This document shows, one piece after another, positions 37,166 to 45,308 of a DNA stretch of 64,000 bases. The DNA is from Bdellovibrionales bacterium (lineage in GTDB: Bacteria > Bdellovibrionota > Bdellovibrionia > Bdellovibrionales > UBA1609), in contig JACOND010000001.1 in assembly GCA_014323935.1 (NCBI GenBank), positions 30,348 to 94,347 on the forward strand, given 5' to 3'. How positions within the stretch are numbered: the first letter of the stretch is position 1; each line of letters starts with the position of its first letter. A program made the position numbers and the translations under genes. The notes under the pieces were generated by a model. The model saw nothing but the letters and a program-made list of their open reading frames with translations. It did not search any database and was not told the DNA's origin.

Positions 37166-38916
37166 TATAAAACATCAATTTCTTCAAAATCTTCTAACTC
37201 ATTATCTTCTATTGACTCTTGATTTTCTAACTCTTCTATTAATTCCTGATCCTCTAATTCATCTTCTTCTATTAACTCTTGATCTTCTAACTCGTCTATT
37301 AATTCCTGATCTTCTAATTCATCCTCTTCTATTAACTCTTGATCTTCTAACTCGTCTATTAATTCTCGATCTTCTAACTCACCTTCTTCAAGATCAGCAT
37401 TTTCTTTTAAACTTATTTCCTTTTTCTGATTTAACTCTTCTTTTAACTTTTCTTTTTCTAACTCTAAATCTTCGTCTACAGAATCAGTTTCTAAATCTTT
37501 TTCTTCAATTAAAAACTGAAATTCTTGTTCAATTTCATTATCTTCACGATCTTTATCTAAATCTTTTCCCCTTAAATTTTCTATTTCATCTTCCTCTTGA
37601 TTGTTAAACTTGTCTCTAATCTCTTCATCTTTCTTTTCTTGAGGGTCTTTTATCCCTTCTTCTATAAAATAGGGAGGGGTTTCTATCACTTCCTCAACAT
37701 CTAGTAATAGTTCTTGTCCTTGATCTAAATCTTCAACCGCTTCAATTGGCTCTAAGTCAATGGGGTTTAAAAGACCTGTAAAACTATCCCCTACATAGAT
37801 TCTCTCTTTTGCTGATAAAATAATCGCAGTTGATTTAAATTTAGTTGTTTTTATGACCTTCAATTTTCCAAGGGAAAAACCAGGGTATTTGGGGCGACGA
37901 AAACTAGATTTTTCAGAAGAATCAGCTCTAATATAAAAGCTATCTTCTTCATATAAACCATCACTACTTCCTTTATCTAAATAGACAATATTTCCTGTGG
38001 ATAAAACTAAAAGATCCTTAGGATTTCCTATAATTTCTCCTTGTTTATTTGCTAATTTTGTCTTGGAAAAAGTATAAAAAGGGACCTCACCTTTAAAAAC
38101 CTTGTCTCCTAAAAATAGCGTATCAAAAGTAGATATAACTTGAGCTTTATATAAATCATAGCCTTGAATGTAGGATACAACTTTTAAAATAGCTTTGATT
38201 TGAATCTCATATTCTTGAGAAAATAATCTTGAGAAATTTTTTGCTTTAAAAACAGTAAGTACAGTTCCAACTGGTACACTTTGTGATAGACGTAAAGTAA
38301 AGTATTCTCCCATAACTCCTAAAAAATCACCAAAATTTTCTGTTCCTATAATTTCTCCAGCAGATGGAGGAAGAGTGTCACTGAGATAATACGGAATAAG
38401 TATTTTTTGTGGAAGTCTAAAGACATCAAGTCCTGATAAGTCAAAACCAGATTTATCTTCTAGAAGAGGAATCTCAGGAAGAGAAGGAGGAAAATCTTCT
38501 GCTTTTAAAGCGGGTTTAGAAAAATGAGGTTCGAGTTGTATATCTGAAAACAAGGCTTGAACATCAACTCCATAGGGGGCCTTTGTAATATCAAATAAAT
38601 CTTGAGGGTTTAAATTGATACTATCTCCCTCGAAAATTCTATGTGGATTTTCTATTGTAGGATTGACAACCCATAATTTAGACCAATACAAAGAATCTTT
38701 AAACCAAGTTCCACTTAAATTCCAAAAATTATCTTTATATTGCAATTGGTAACTTTTAGACAAATTGTTGATTTTATCATTCCAGTCATTGTAAGAAATA
38801 GGTTCCTCATAATGTTCTAAATAAATGTTGTGAAGCCATTTCTCATACTCCTGGTCAGTCATACTAAAAGCCCTTAAAGAAAAAAATAAAGACAAGCAAA
38901 GGTAAAGAATTTTCAT
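37165..38916 (-). CDS. Secreted LysM-like protein with a long acidic repeat tail
   Basis: It has a signal peptide and an N-terminal LysM-like segment (YQLQYKDNFWNLSG...WVVNP...IFEGDSINL). The C-terminal ~170 aa are Glu/Asp-rich and end in ELEDQELIDELEDQELIEED repeats. Confidence 0.6.
   Translation of the reverse strand: MKILYLCLSLFFSLRAFSMTDQEYEKWLHNIYLEHYEEPISYNDWNDKINNLSKSYQLQYKDNFWNLSGTWFKDSLYWSKLWVVNPTIENPHRIFEGDSINLNPQDLFDITKAPYGVDVQALFSDIQLEPHFSKPALKAEDFPPSLPEIPLLEDKSGFDLSGLDVFRLPQKILIPYYLSDTLPPSAGEIIGTENFGDFLGVMGEYFTLRLSQSVPVGTVLTVFKAKNFSRLFSQEYEIQIKAILKVVSYIQGYDLYKAQVISTFDTLFLGDKVFKGEVPFYTFSKTKLANKQGEIIGNPKDLLVLSTGNIVYLDKGSSDGLYEEDSFYIRADSSEKSSFRRPKYPGFSLGKLKVIKTTKFKSTAIILSAKERIYVGDSFTGLLNPIDLEPIEAVEDLDQGQELLLDVEEVIETPPYFIEEGIKDPQEKKDEEIRDKFNNQEEDEIENLRGKDLDKDREDNEIEQEFQFLIEEKDLETDSVDEDLELEKEKLKEELNQKKEISLKENADLEEGELEDRELIDELEDQELIEEDELEDQELIDELEDQELIEEDELEDQELIEELENQESIEDNELEDFEEIDVL
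37201..37380. repeat. Coding tandem repeat, 3 x 60 bp (each built from two ~30-bp sub-repeats)
   Basis: 37201-37260, 37261-37320 and 37321-37380 differ by only a few bases. They encode the 20-aa acidic unit ELEDQELIDELEDQELIEED on the minus strand. Confidence 0.9.
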
Positions 38917-38959
38917 TTTGAAATGGAGTTTTATTATATTTTCAGATTTTTAAAGTTTT

Positions 38960-39913
38960 ATGTCAAAAAACTATTTTCCTAGAATAGACGAAAGTCTGAA
39001 TTTCTGGAACTTTCTTTGCTATAGGAATAAAGAAGAGTTTTTTGTGTTTTTTATTTTAGTTTTTATTCCTTTTTTATTTTTTTTTGACAGTTTTAAACTT
39101 TCTCAAAGTTTACATCAGCTGTGTTTAAACAATTTAAGTTTTGACAGTTCGATTCCTGAAATTTATCAAGCCTTGATTTGTGGTAAAAGACTTCCCTACA
39201 GTGAACTCAGAGAGCTTTTTGTGAAAGGAGGATTAATTCATCTTATGATTGTTTCAGGAACTCATTTAATTTTTTTAGAACGACTTCTTTTAAAGATTCC
39301 CTTTTTAAAAACAAATTTCATTTATTTTTTTTTAACTCTCTATGCTTTAACCAGTCAACTGAACCCACCTATCTTGAGAGCTCTATTTTCCTTTTTTCTT
39401 TCAAAATTTTCTAAAAAATGGAATTTATTTTGGAGTCCTATAAGTATTACTTTGCTCAGTGGTTTTTTATGCTTACTTTATAGACCCAATGATCAAGATT
39501 CTTTTTCTTTACAGTTAAGTGTTTTAGCCTCTTTATTACATCATTCTTTCAAATCCCCTTTAAAATGTTCTTTTTTTATTTATCTTCTTATTTTACCTCT
39601 TATTAATCATTGGCAAGAACTATCTTCTTTAACTGTCTTAATCAATTGGATAATAGCCCCTGTAATCAGTTCTTTTTTATTTCCTTTATCTTTTTTAACT
39701 GGTTTCTTCCCTTTTCTTTATGTTTTCAGTGATTTTTCATGGTCAATTTGTTTAAAAATACTAAAATTCATTCAACAGTTGCCCTTTGATAAAAGTTTAC
39801 ATAATTGGTGTCTTCCTAAAAAGTGGATATGGTTCTATATTATTTTCATTTGGTTCGTTTTATTTCATTTTAAAAGCTTTTTGATTAGAATGAAAATTAA
39901 GAGAAAGTCTTAA
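38960..39913 (+). CDS. ComEC/Rec2-family membrane protein, competence-domain only
   Basis: 317 aa, polytopic, with the signature GGLIHLMIVSGTHLIFL. It has no OB-fold N-terminus and no metallo-beta-lactamase C-terminal domain. Confidence 0.6.
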   Translation: MSKNYFPRIDESLNFWNFLCYRNKEEFFVFFILVFIPFLFFFDSFKLSQSLHQLCLNNLSFDSSIPEIYQALICGKRLPYSELRELFVKGGLIHLMIVSGTHLIFLERLLLKIPFLKTNFIYFFLTLYALTSQLNPPILRALFSFFLSKFSKKWNLFWSPISITLLSGFLCLLYRPNDQDSFSLQLSVLASLLHHSFKSPLKCSFFIYLLILPLINHWQELSSLTVLINWIIAPVISSFLFPLSFLTGFFPFLYVFSDFSWSICLKILKFIQQLPFDKSLHNWCLPKKWIWFYIIFIWFVLFHFKSFLIRMKIKRKS

Positions 39914-40019
39914 AAGATATCTTTATTTTTTTAATAGAAAACAAAATTTTAAGTTATAACTTAGTTTACTCTCATTTGAGAAAAAGATTTTATATTTTTA
40001 ATTTCTTATCTCTAGATGT

Positions 40020-40346
40020 TTAAGAAGGAGAAAGAGGAGAGAAACTACTTGCTTTTTTATTATTTAACCCTGTGTAAATTTCCATGTCTATTAGTTTTTC
40101 TTCAATGTCTTTTAAGTTTTTCTCTAGTTTAAAAAATCGAGCATTGACTTTACCAGCTCCATATAAATCTTCAGACATTCTTTCCAGAGACATTTTTAAG
40201 GTATCTATAAAGTGAGAGACATGTTCTTGTTGTTTTTTTAATGTACGTAAAGTTTTTCGATTTTCATTTTGTTCCATATTAAAGAGTCGCCAAATAAGAT
40301 ATAAAAAAGGAACCTGTATTGTGATCATAAAAATAATATATTCCAT
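40020..40346 (-). CDS. Hypothetical membrane-anchored coiled-coil protein
   Basis: 108 aa with an N-terminal TM segment (IIFMITIQVPFLYLIWRLF) followed by a charged helical region. I recognise no family. Confidence 0.35.
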   Translation of the reverse strand: MEYIIFMITIQVPFLYLIWRLFNMEQNENRKTLRTLKKQQEHVSHFIDTLKMSLERMSEDLYGAGKVNARFFKLEKNLKDIEEKLIDMEIYTGLNNKKASSFSPLSPS

Positions 40347-40515
40347 AAAAAACTCCTACTTTAAAAGTTAAGTTTAAAAGGATAACTCTTAAAAAACTAG
40401 TATTAACAAGAGATGTCAAATTTAAAAGCTTTTTTAAGAAAAAACATCTCAGCTTAAATTCTTAAAAAATAAAGTTTTTGACAGTTTATTTACAAAAGTC
40501 TATTTTTCAAAGAGA

Positions 40516-41706
40516 ATGTTTCTCTATAAAAATAATAGACTTGTATTACAAAAAGAAGACAGCTTTGTCCCTGTTGAAGAGATTGCTCAACAACAAAAGA
40601 AACCTTTTTATCTCTACGATCTTGAAGGAATTAAAAAATGGTATAGATTTTTTATCTCTCAAACTAAGCAGAGTTTAAAAGTCTTTTTTGCTATGAAATC
40701 TAATAATAACAAACAGATTTTAACAGCTTTGAAAGAAGAAGGTTGCGGAGTTGATGTGGTTTCTTTAGGAGAAGCTCAGTTGGCTTTAAATCTAGGGTTT
40801 TCTCCTCAAAAAATCGTTTTTTCAGGAGTAGGGAAAACAACAGAAGAACTGAACTTAGCAGTTACTCAATCTTTTTTTCAAACCAATATTGAAAGCTTTG
40901 AAGAGTTACATCGTCTCATTCAAATAGTAAAACAAAGAAAGAAAAACATCAAAATAGGTCTTAGAATCAACCCCAATATAGACTTTAAGTCCCATCCTTA
41001 TATCAAAACAGGTTTAAATGAACATAAGTTTGGTTTAGACGAAAGTGAGCTTAAAAACATTTTAAATTGTATTAAGCAACATAAACAAATCTCTTTAAAG
41101 GGCTTGAGCATGCATATAGGCTCTCAAATTTATGATATCCAAGCTTTATCAAAAGCTATGTCTTCCCTTAAAATGCTTTACAAAAGTATAAAAAAACAAG
41201 GCTTTCCTTTGGAAGTTTTAGATATAGGAGGAGGATTAGGAATAAAATATGAAAAAGAAGATTTAGAGGATGAAAAAAACAGACTCTTTGCTTTTAATCA
41301 AGCTTTTAAAGATGTTTTTAAAAACTTTGAAGCTGAAATTATTACAGAACCAGGACGTTTTTTAGTCGCTCGTTTTGGAATCTTATGCTCTCAAGTAGAG
41401 TACTTAAAACAAAACCCACAAAAACAATTTCTCATACTAAATAGTGGAATGAATCACTTTCTAAGGACTGCTCTCTATGGAACACAGCACCGCATTCTAC
41501 CTCTTTTACAAAGACAAGGGGAAAAAGAACTTTATGATGTCGTAGGACCTATTTGTGAAACAGGAGATACTTTTTACAAAGACTGCCTTCTCTCACCAAG
41601 AAAACCAGGGGATTGGCTGGCCATTGCAGATACAGGAGCTTATGGGTTTGTCATGTCTAACTCTTATAACTTACAAATTCCTATAAAAGAAGTTTGTATT
41701 TCATAA
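40516..41706 (+). CDS. lysA: Diaminopimelate decarboxylase (fold-type III PLP decarboxylase)
   Basis: 396 aa with PLP-Lys context FFAMKSNNN, plus HIGSQ, DIGGGLGI, EPGRFLV and CETGD. Confidence 0.75.
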   Translation: MFLYKNNRLVLQKEDSFVPVEEIAQQQKKPFYLYDLEGIKKWYRFFISQTKQSLKVFFAMKSNNNKQILTALKEEGCGVDVVSLGEAQLALNLGFSPQKIVFSGVGKTTEELNLAVTQSFFQTNIESFEELHRLIQIVKQRKKNIKIGLRINPNIDFKSHPYIKTGLNEHKFGLDESELKNILNCIKQHKQISLKGLSMHIGSQIYDIQALSKAMSSLKMLYKSIKKQGFPLEVLDIGGGLGIKYEKEDLEDEKNRLFAFNQAFKDVFKNFEAEIITEPGRFLVARFGILCSQVEYLKQNPQKQFLILNSGMNHFLRTALYGTQHRILPLLQRQGEKELYDVVGPICETGDTFYKDCLLSPRKPGDWLAIADTGAYGFVMSNSYNLQIPIKEVCIS

Positions 41707-41734
41707 AAGCTTACTGTATTTTTGAAAAAAAGAA
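41705..41734. repeat. Relic of the menA 5' end at the lysA/pilin junction
   Basis: The sequence aaaagcttactgtatttttgaaaaaaagaa matches 46165-46194 (aaaagcttactgtattttttaaaaaaagaa) at 29 of 30 positions. The latter encodes the first codons of menA on the minus strand. Confidence 0.8.
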
Positions 41735-41770
41735 TTTCTTTCATTTCAGATCTTAACCCGGAAAACTTAA

Positions 41771-42367
41771 TTAGGTACCATCCTTTTCATGTGTAATTGT
41801 TTGGTTTTGATTAATTGACCATATATCAGGAGAACCCTTGCCAAAGTGTTTTACAGCGATTGCTTTAAATTTATCAACTTCTGCTGTTGCTGTTCCACAA
41901 CTTCCACAATCTTTAATCCCTGAATCCTTTACCTCACAATCAGGAGGTGTAAAAAAACCAGTGCTACGACTTATAGAAGATACACATTTCTTCTCACATA
42001 TACCCTTAAAAGAAGAGCATTCCTCTTTTTGAAGGAATCCTGCTTCCACAGGGTATTTTTTTAATTTTCCTCCTGTCGTATGTCCTTCAGAGGTAAATCC
42101 TACATCATAGTTGTAATTACTTTCGGGATTAACTCCTACTATCATTAAATTTTCATGGTAAGAATTCCAATGACTAAAAAAGATTCGTTCATAATTATAG
42201 ACAAAAGAAAGACTTTGTTGAGCTTCTGCTTTGTAAGATTTATTGATCTGTGATTGATAATTTTTTATACCAATAATTGCTAAAACAACCATAAGAGTGA
42301 CTGCCGTCAATAGTTCAAGCATACTAAAAGCTCTTTTATTTAAAAACTTTTGTTTTCCTAATACCAT
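41771..42367 (-). CDS. Type IV pilin-like protein (paralogue 1)
   Basis: 198 aa with the prepilin N-terminus KRA|FSMLELLTAVTLMVVLAIIG; Glu is at +5 and Ala at -1. Six Cys residues are conserved with paralogue 2. Confidence 0.8.
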   Translation of the reverse strand: MVLGKQKFLNKRAFSMLELLTAVTLMVVLAIIGIKNYQSQINKSYKAEAQQSLSFVYNYERIFFSHWNSYHENLMIVGVNPESNYNYDVGFTSEGHTTGGKLKKYPVEAGFLQKEECSSFKGICEKKCVSSISRSTGFFTPPDCEVKDSGIKDCGSCGTATAEVDKFKAIAVKHFGKGSPDIWSINQNQTITHEKDGT

Positions 42368-42438
42368 TCTTTTTATTATATCTTCTTTTTATATTCTTTC
42401 AAATTTAATTGTATTTTTATTTTTTCAAACCTAATTTC
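42365..42438. repeat. 74-bp exact repeat (pilin 5' flank), copy 1
   Basis: It is identical to 43176-43249 (cattctttttattatatcttctttttatattctttcaaatttaattgtatttttattttttcaaacctaatttc). Its last 22 nt equal the 3' end of menE. Confidence 0.9.
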
Positions 42439-42569
42439 AGTAAAAAAACTTAAAGAACTTTTTACTGTTATAAGACCTCTTTATGAAATAGGGGTTTGTG
42501 CTTTTATCATATCTAATTATTAATACCTTATAGATTCTTCTTTCATTTCAGCTTTTCTTAAAAACTTAA

Positions 42570-43178
42570 TTAGGTACCATCATTTTCATGTTCAATTGTT
42601 TGATTTTGATTAATCGACCATATATCAGGAATTTCCTTACCAAAGTGTTTTACAGCGATTGCTTTAAAAGTAGTATTTTTTGCTGTTGCTGTTCCACAAT
42701 TCCCACAAACTTTAATCCCTATATCCTTTACTTCACAGTTAGGTATATTAAAATAATCACCATAATAACTACTTATATCTGAGGATGAATCTGTTAGACA
42801 CTCACCATTACATATCTCTTTAAAAGAAGAACATCCTCTTACACCAAGAATCTTTTTTATGGGATATTCATTTAAATTTCCTCCTATCTTAGGCCCTGGA
42901 GATGTAAACCCTACATCATAATTGTAAACACCTGAAGGAACAGCTCCTATTATCATTAAATTTGCATGGTAAGAATTCCAATTATTAAAAAAAACCTGTT
43001 CATAATTATAGACAAAAGAAAGACTTTGTTGAGCTTCTGCGATGTAAGCTTTATTGATCTGGGATTTATAATTTTTTACACCAATCGTTGCTAAAACAGC
43101 CATAAGAGTTGTTGCCGTCAATAGTTCAAGCATACTAAAAGCTCTTCTATTTAAAAACTTTTGTTTTCCTAATATCAT
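42570..43178 (-). CDS. Type IV pilin-like protein (paralogue 2)
   Basis: 202 aa with the same prepilin N-terminus (RRA|FSMLELLTATTLMAVLATIG). The N- and C-terminal thirds are near-identical to paralogue 1. The centre diverges (about residues 93-145). Confidence 0.8.
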   Translation of the reverse strand: MILGKQKFLNRRAFSMLELLTATTLMAVLATIGVKNYKSQINKAYIAEAQQSLSFVYNYEQVFFNNWNSYHANLMIIGAVPSGVYNYDVGFTSPGPKIGGNLNEYPIKKILGVRGCSSFKEICNGECLTDSSSDISSYYGDYFNIPNCEVKDIGIKVCGNCGTATAKNTTFKAIAVKHFGKEIPDIWSINQNQTIEHENDGT

Positions 43179-43249
43179 TCTTTTTATTATATCTTCTTTT
43201 TATATTCTTTCAAATTTAATTGTATTTTTATTTTTTCAAACCTAATTTC
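43176..43249. repeat. 74-bp exact repeat (pilin 5' flank), copy 2, overlapping the menE stop
   Basis: It is identical to 42365-42438. Positions 43228-43249 are the genuine menE 3' end (EKLGLKK*). Confidence 0.9.
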
Positions 43250-44367
43250 TCCAAAAAAAATTCAGGTTTTAACTTTAAAAACCTGTATTGAGACGTTTGA
43301 AATATCAAATATAAATTTTGAATTTTCTCATATCCAGAGACCTCTTGATTGAACTGTTTTGCCAAAAAAGAGAGTTTTTCAAAATGACCGGCAAAACCCA
43401 ATAGACTCAAACAGCAACCTCTTCTTTTGTCAGGAATAGAAAGCAAGAAACTTTCTATCCCTTGTTTTTGAGATAATTCTTTTAATTTTAAACGAAGCTT
43501 TTGTAAATTCACACTCTCTCCTAAAATCTTAATTTGCTCCTTAAATCTTGTTCGAATTTTTAAATGATTTTCTTTGAGTAAAGCAAAATCTTTTAAAACA
43601 AAACAAGCTTCTTTATCTTTAGGATCATAAATTTTTCTTTTTTCTAAATCAAAGTAAGCACTTACTAAAGCCTGACTTTTCACTTTTAGAAAACCATAGC
43701 CATCTTTCTTTTTTTGAACAGATTCTACTTGAATAGAAGGTAAAATTTTCATTTTTGGAAAAGTGTTCTCTTTTAATGAATCGAGAGAAGAAGAAGCTAT
43801 CTGAGAACAGGTCTCTGTAGCCCCATAACAGATTAAAAGAGGCCAAAACAGCTCTCTTGCTTTTTTATAAATATCAGGAGATAAATAATCTCCTCCCACC
43901 AAGAGAACTCTCAAACTTTTAGGGGCTGTTAAACCTTTTTGAACCAAATCATAAATTTGAGTTGGAACAACAGAACTTAAAGTGATTTTTTCTTCTTGAA
44001 TTCTTTTTCTAAAAACATAAGGATTCCAGGCTCCTTCTTGAATAAAATAAGAGCTTCTTGATAAAAAAACCCTTGCTAAAATAGAGATGCCACTTACATG
44101 AAAAAAAGGCAAACAAATCAGCCATCTATCTTTAGAACTCGCTTGAAGATTTTGATTAACTAGGCGAGCTGAAAATAAAAGAGCTTTTTTAGAAAGCAAA
44201 CAAATTTTAGAATAACTAGAGGTGTAAAGATAAATATGTTTTTTTAAAATAGGTATTTGTTGAGCTATTTTTCTAAATTCAAGAGCTTGAGGATGCCTGG
44301 TATTAAAAAAATAATGGCTTTGAGGACTCGTCCAGTCTATTTTACTTTCATTAATTAACAATTTCAT
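43228..44367 (-). CDS. menE: Adenylate-forming enzyme, MenE-like (o-succinylbenzoate-CoA ligase by context), short form
   Basis: 379 aa with ANL motifs YGATETCSQIA and GESVNL. The P-loop is degenerate (LYTSSYSKIC) and sits only about 45 aa from the N-terminus. It is adjacent to menC-menA-menB. Confidence 0.55.
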   Translation of the reverse strand: MKLLINESKIDWTSPQSHYFFNTRHPQALEFRKIAQQIPILKKHIYLYTSSYSKICLLSKKALLFSARLVNQNLQASSKDRWLICLPFFHVSGISILARVFLSRSSYFIQEGAWNPYVFRKRIQEEKITLSSVVPTQIYDLVQKGLTAPKSLRVLLVGGDYLSPDIYKKARELFWPLLICYGATETCSQIASSSLDSLKENTFPKMKILPSIQVESVQKKKDGYGFLKVKSQALVSAYFDLEKRKIYDPKDKEACFVLKDFALLKENHLKIRTRFKEQIKILGESVNLQKLRLKLKELSQKQGIESFLLSIPDKRRGCCLSLLGFAGHFEKLSFLAKQFNQEVSGYEKIQNLYLIFQTSQYRFLKLKPEFFLEKLGLKK

Positions 44368-44386
44368 TACAATTCCCCAAGTTTAT

Positions 44387-45304
44387 TTAGATCCATTTTT
44401 CCCACTTCTCTTCTTTTAAAGCACGACTAAATCCAAAGCCAAAACCTTTAGGAGGAATCAATAATTCATTTCTATATTCTAAAGGATAATTAGACACTTT
44501 TTTCCTATGAAAATTTAAAAAAGAACCGGTGTCAAAAAAAGAAGGGTAATATTTGTAAAAGAGAGAAGCCCAAAAAAGAGTACTTACTTGACCTAAAGGA
44601 TGATCAAAACTATGGGTAAAGATAATTCTTTTCTTATTCCAAAAATTTTTTACAGAAAACACAAAATCACGAGAAGGTTTTACAATTTTAACTTGAGCCT
44701 CTGAACAAGCTAACCAATCTTCTGCTAAAATAGAAAAATTGTGGAGAGAAGAAAAATAAGGGTCCTCTATAAAATCAATTTTTTCTTTTAAAAAAGATAA
44801 ATTCCATTCCTTAAAGGAATCTCCATTTAAGTCTAATCTCAACTTCAAATGGGGAAATTTTTCACTCAAATGTCTTAAAGCTTCTGTCTGTTCTAATTTG
44901 TTTTTTGCTTTTAATTTTACTTTGACTGTTTTAAAATTTTTTAGACTTTGAAATTGTTTAAACTTATTTATATCTTCAATCAAAAAATGACTAGGGATAA
45001 AGTTTAAGGAAAAAAAAAGATTTCTTTTCTCTTTCCTTGCTTGAGCATCTATAAAAGCATTGTATTTTGCGATTTTGAATCTTTGTGATTCTTTTCCTTT
45101 TTTAATATCTTCTAACTGACAACTTAAAGTTTTTTCACCAAAAGAAGGCCAAGGCAAAAAATCGCTATAACCTATTTGTTTTGAACCAAAATCAAAGGCA
45201 AATAAAGTCCCTTCTAAGCCGGGGTTTTTACTCTTTTTCCATCTTAAGCTATAAGGGGAAATAAAAAGTTTAAATTTGATAGATTCTTTTAGGCTCGAAT
45301 TCAT
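44387..45304 (-). CDS. menC: o-Succinylbenzoate synthase-like (enolase superfamily) by context
   Basis: 305 aa with the pattern VKVKLKA...LRLDLNGD...IEDP. This is consistent with the OSBS metal and Lys residues. It sits between menE and menA. Confidence 0.55.
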   Translation of the reverse strand: MNSSLKESIKFKLFISPYSLRWKKSKNPGLEGTLFAFDFGSKQIGYSDFLPWPSFGEKTLSCQLEDIKKGKESQRFKIAKYNAFIDAQARKEKRNLFFSLNFIPSHFLIEDINKFKQFQSLKNFKTVKVKLKAKNKLEQTEALRHLSEKFPHLKLRLDLNGDSFKEWNLSFLKEKIDFIEDPYFSSLHNFSILAEDWLACSEAQVKIVKPSRDFVFSVKNFWNKKRIIFTHSFDHPLGQVSTLFWASLFYKYYPSFFDTGSFLNFHRKKVSNYPLEYRNELLIPPKGFGFGFSRALKEEKWEKWI

Positions 45305-45308
45305 ACCT

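Noticed and set aside
37185-37400. Regular 30/60-bp repeats checked as a possible CRISPR array
   Set aside because: The repeats are contiguous, with no unique spacers. They are in frame within a CDS and encode an acidic peptide repeat.
37212-37607. 131-aa plus-strand ORF rich in Leu/Ile/Thr/Pro
   Set aside because: It is the antisense reading of the acidic GAA/GAT/TTA-rich tandem repeat of the 37165-38916 gene. It is low-complexity, has no start context, and lies entirely inside a better-supported CDS.
41838-42782. ORFs 41838-42032 (+) and 42588-42782 (+)
   Set aside because: They are antisense shadows of the two pilin genes. They are present in both copies only because the pilin DNA is duplicated.
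41771-43178. Diversity-generating retroelement or cassette-type pilin variation system
   Set aside because: No reverse transcriptase, template repeat, invertase or silent cassette is present in the window. Only two full-length expressed-looking copies are visible.
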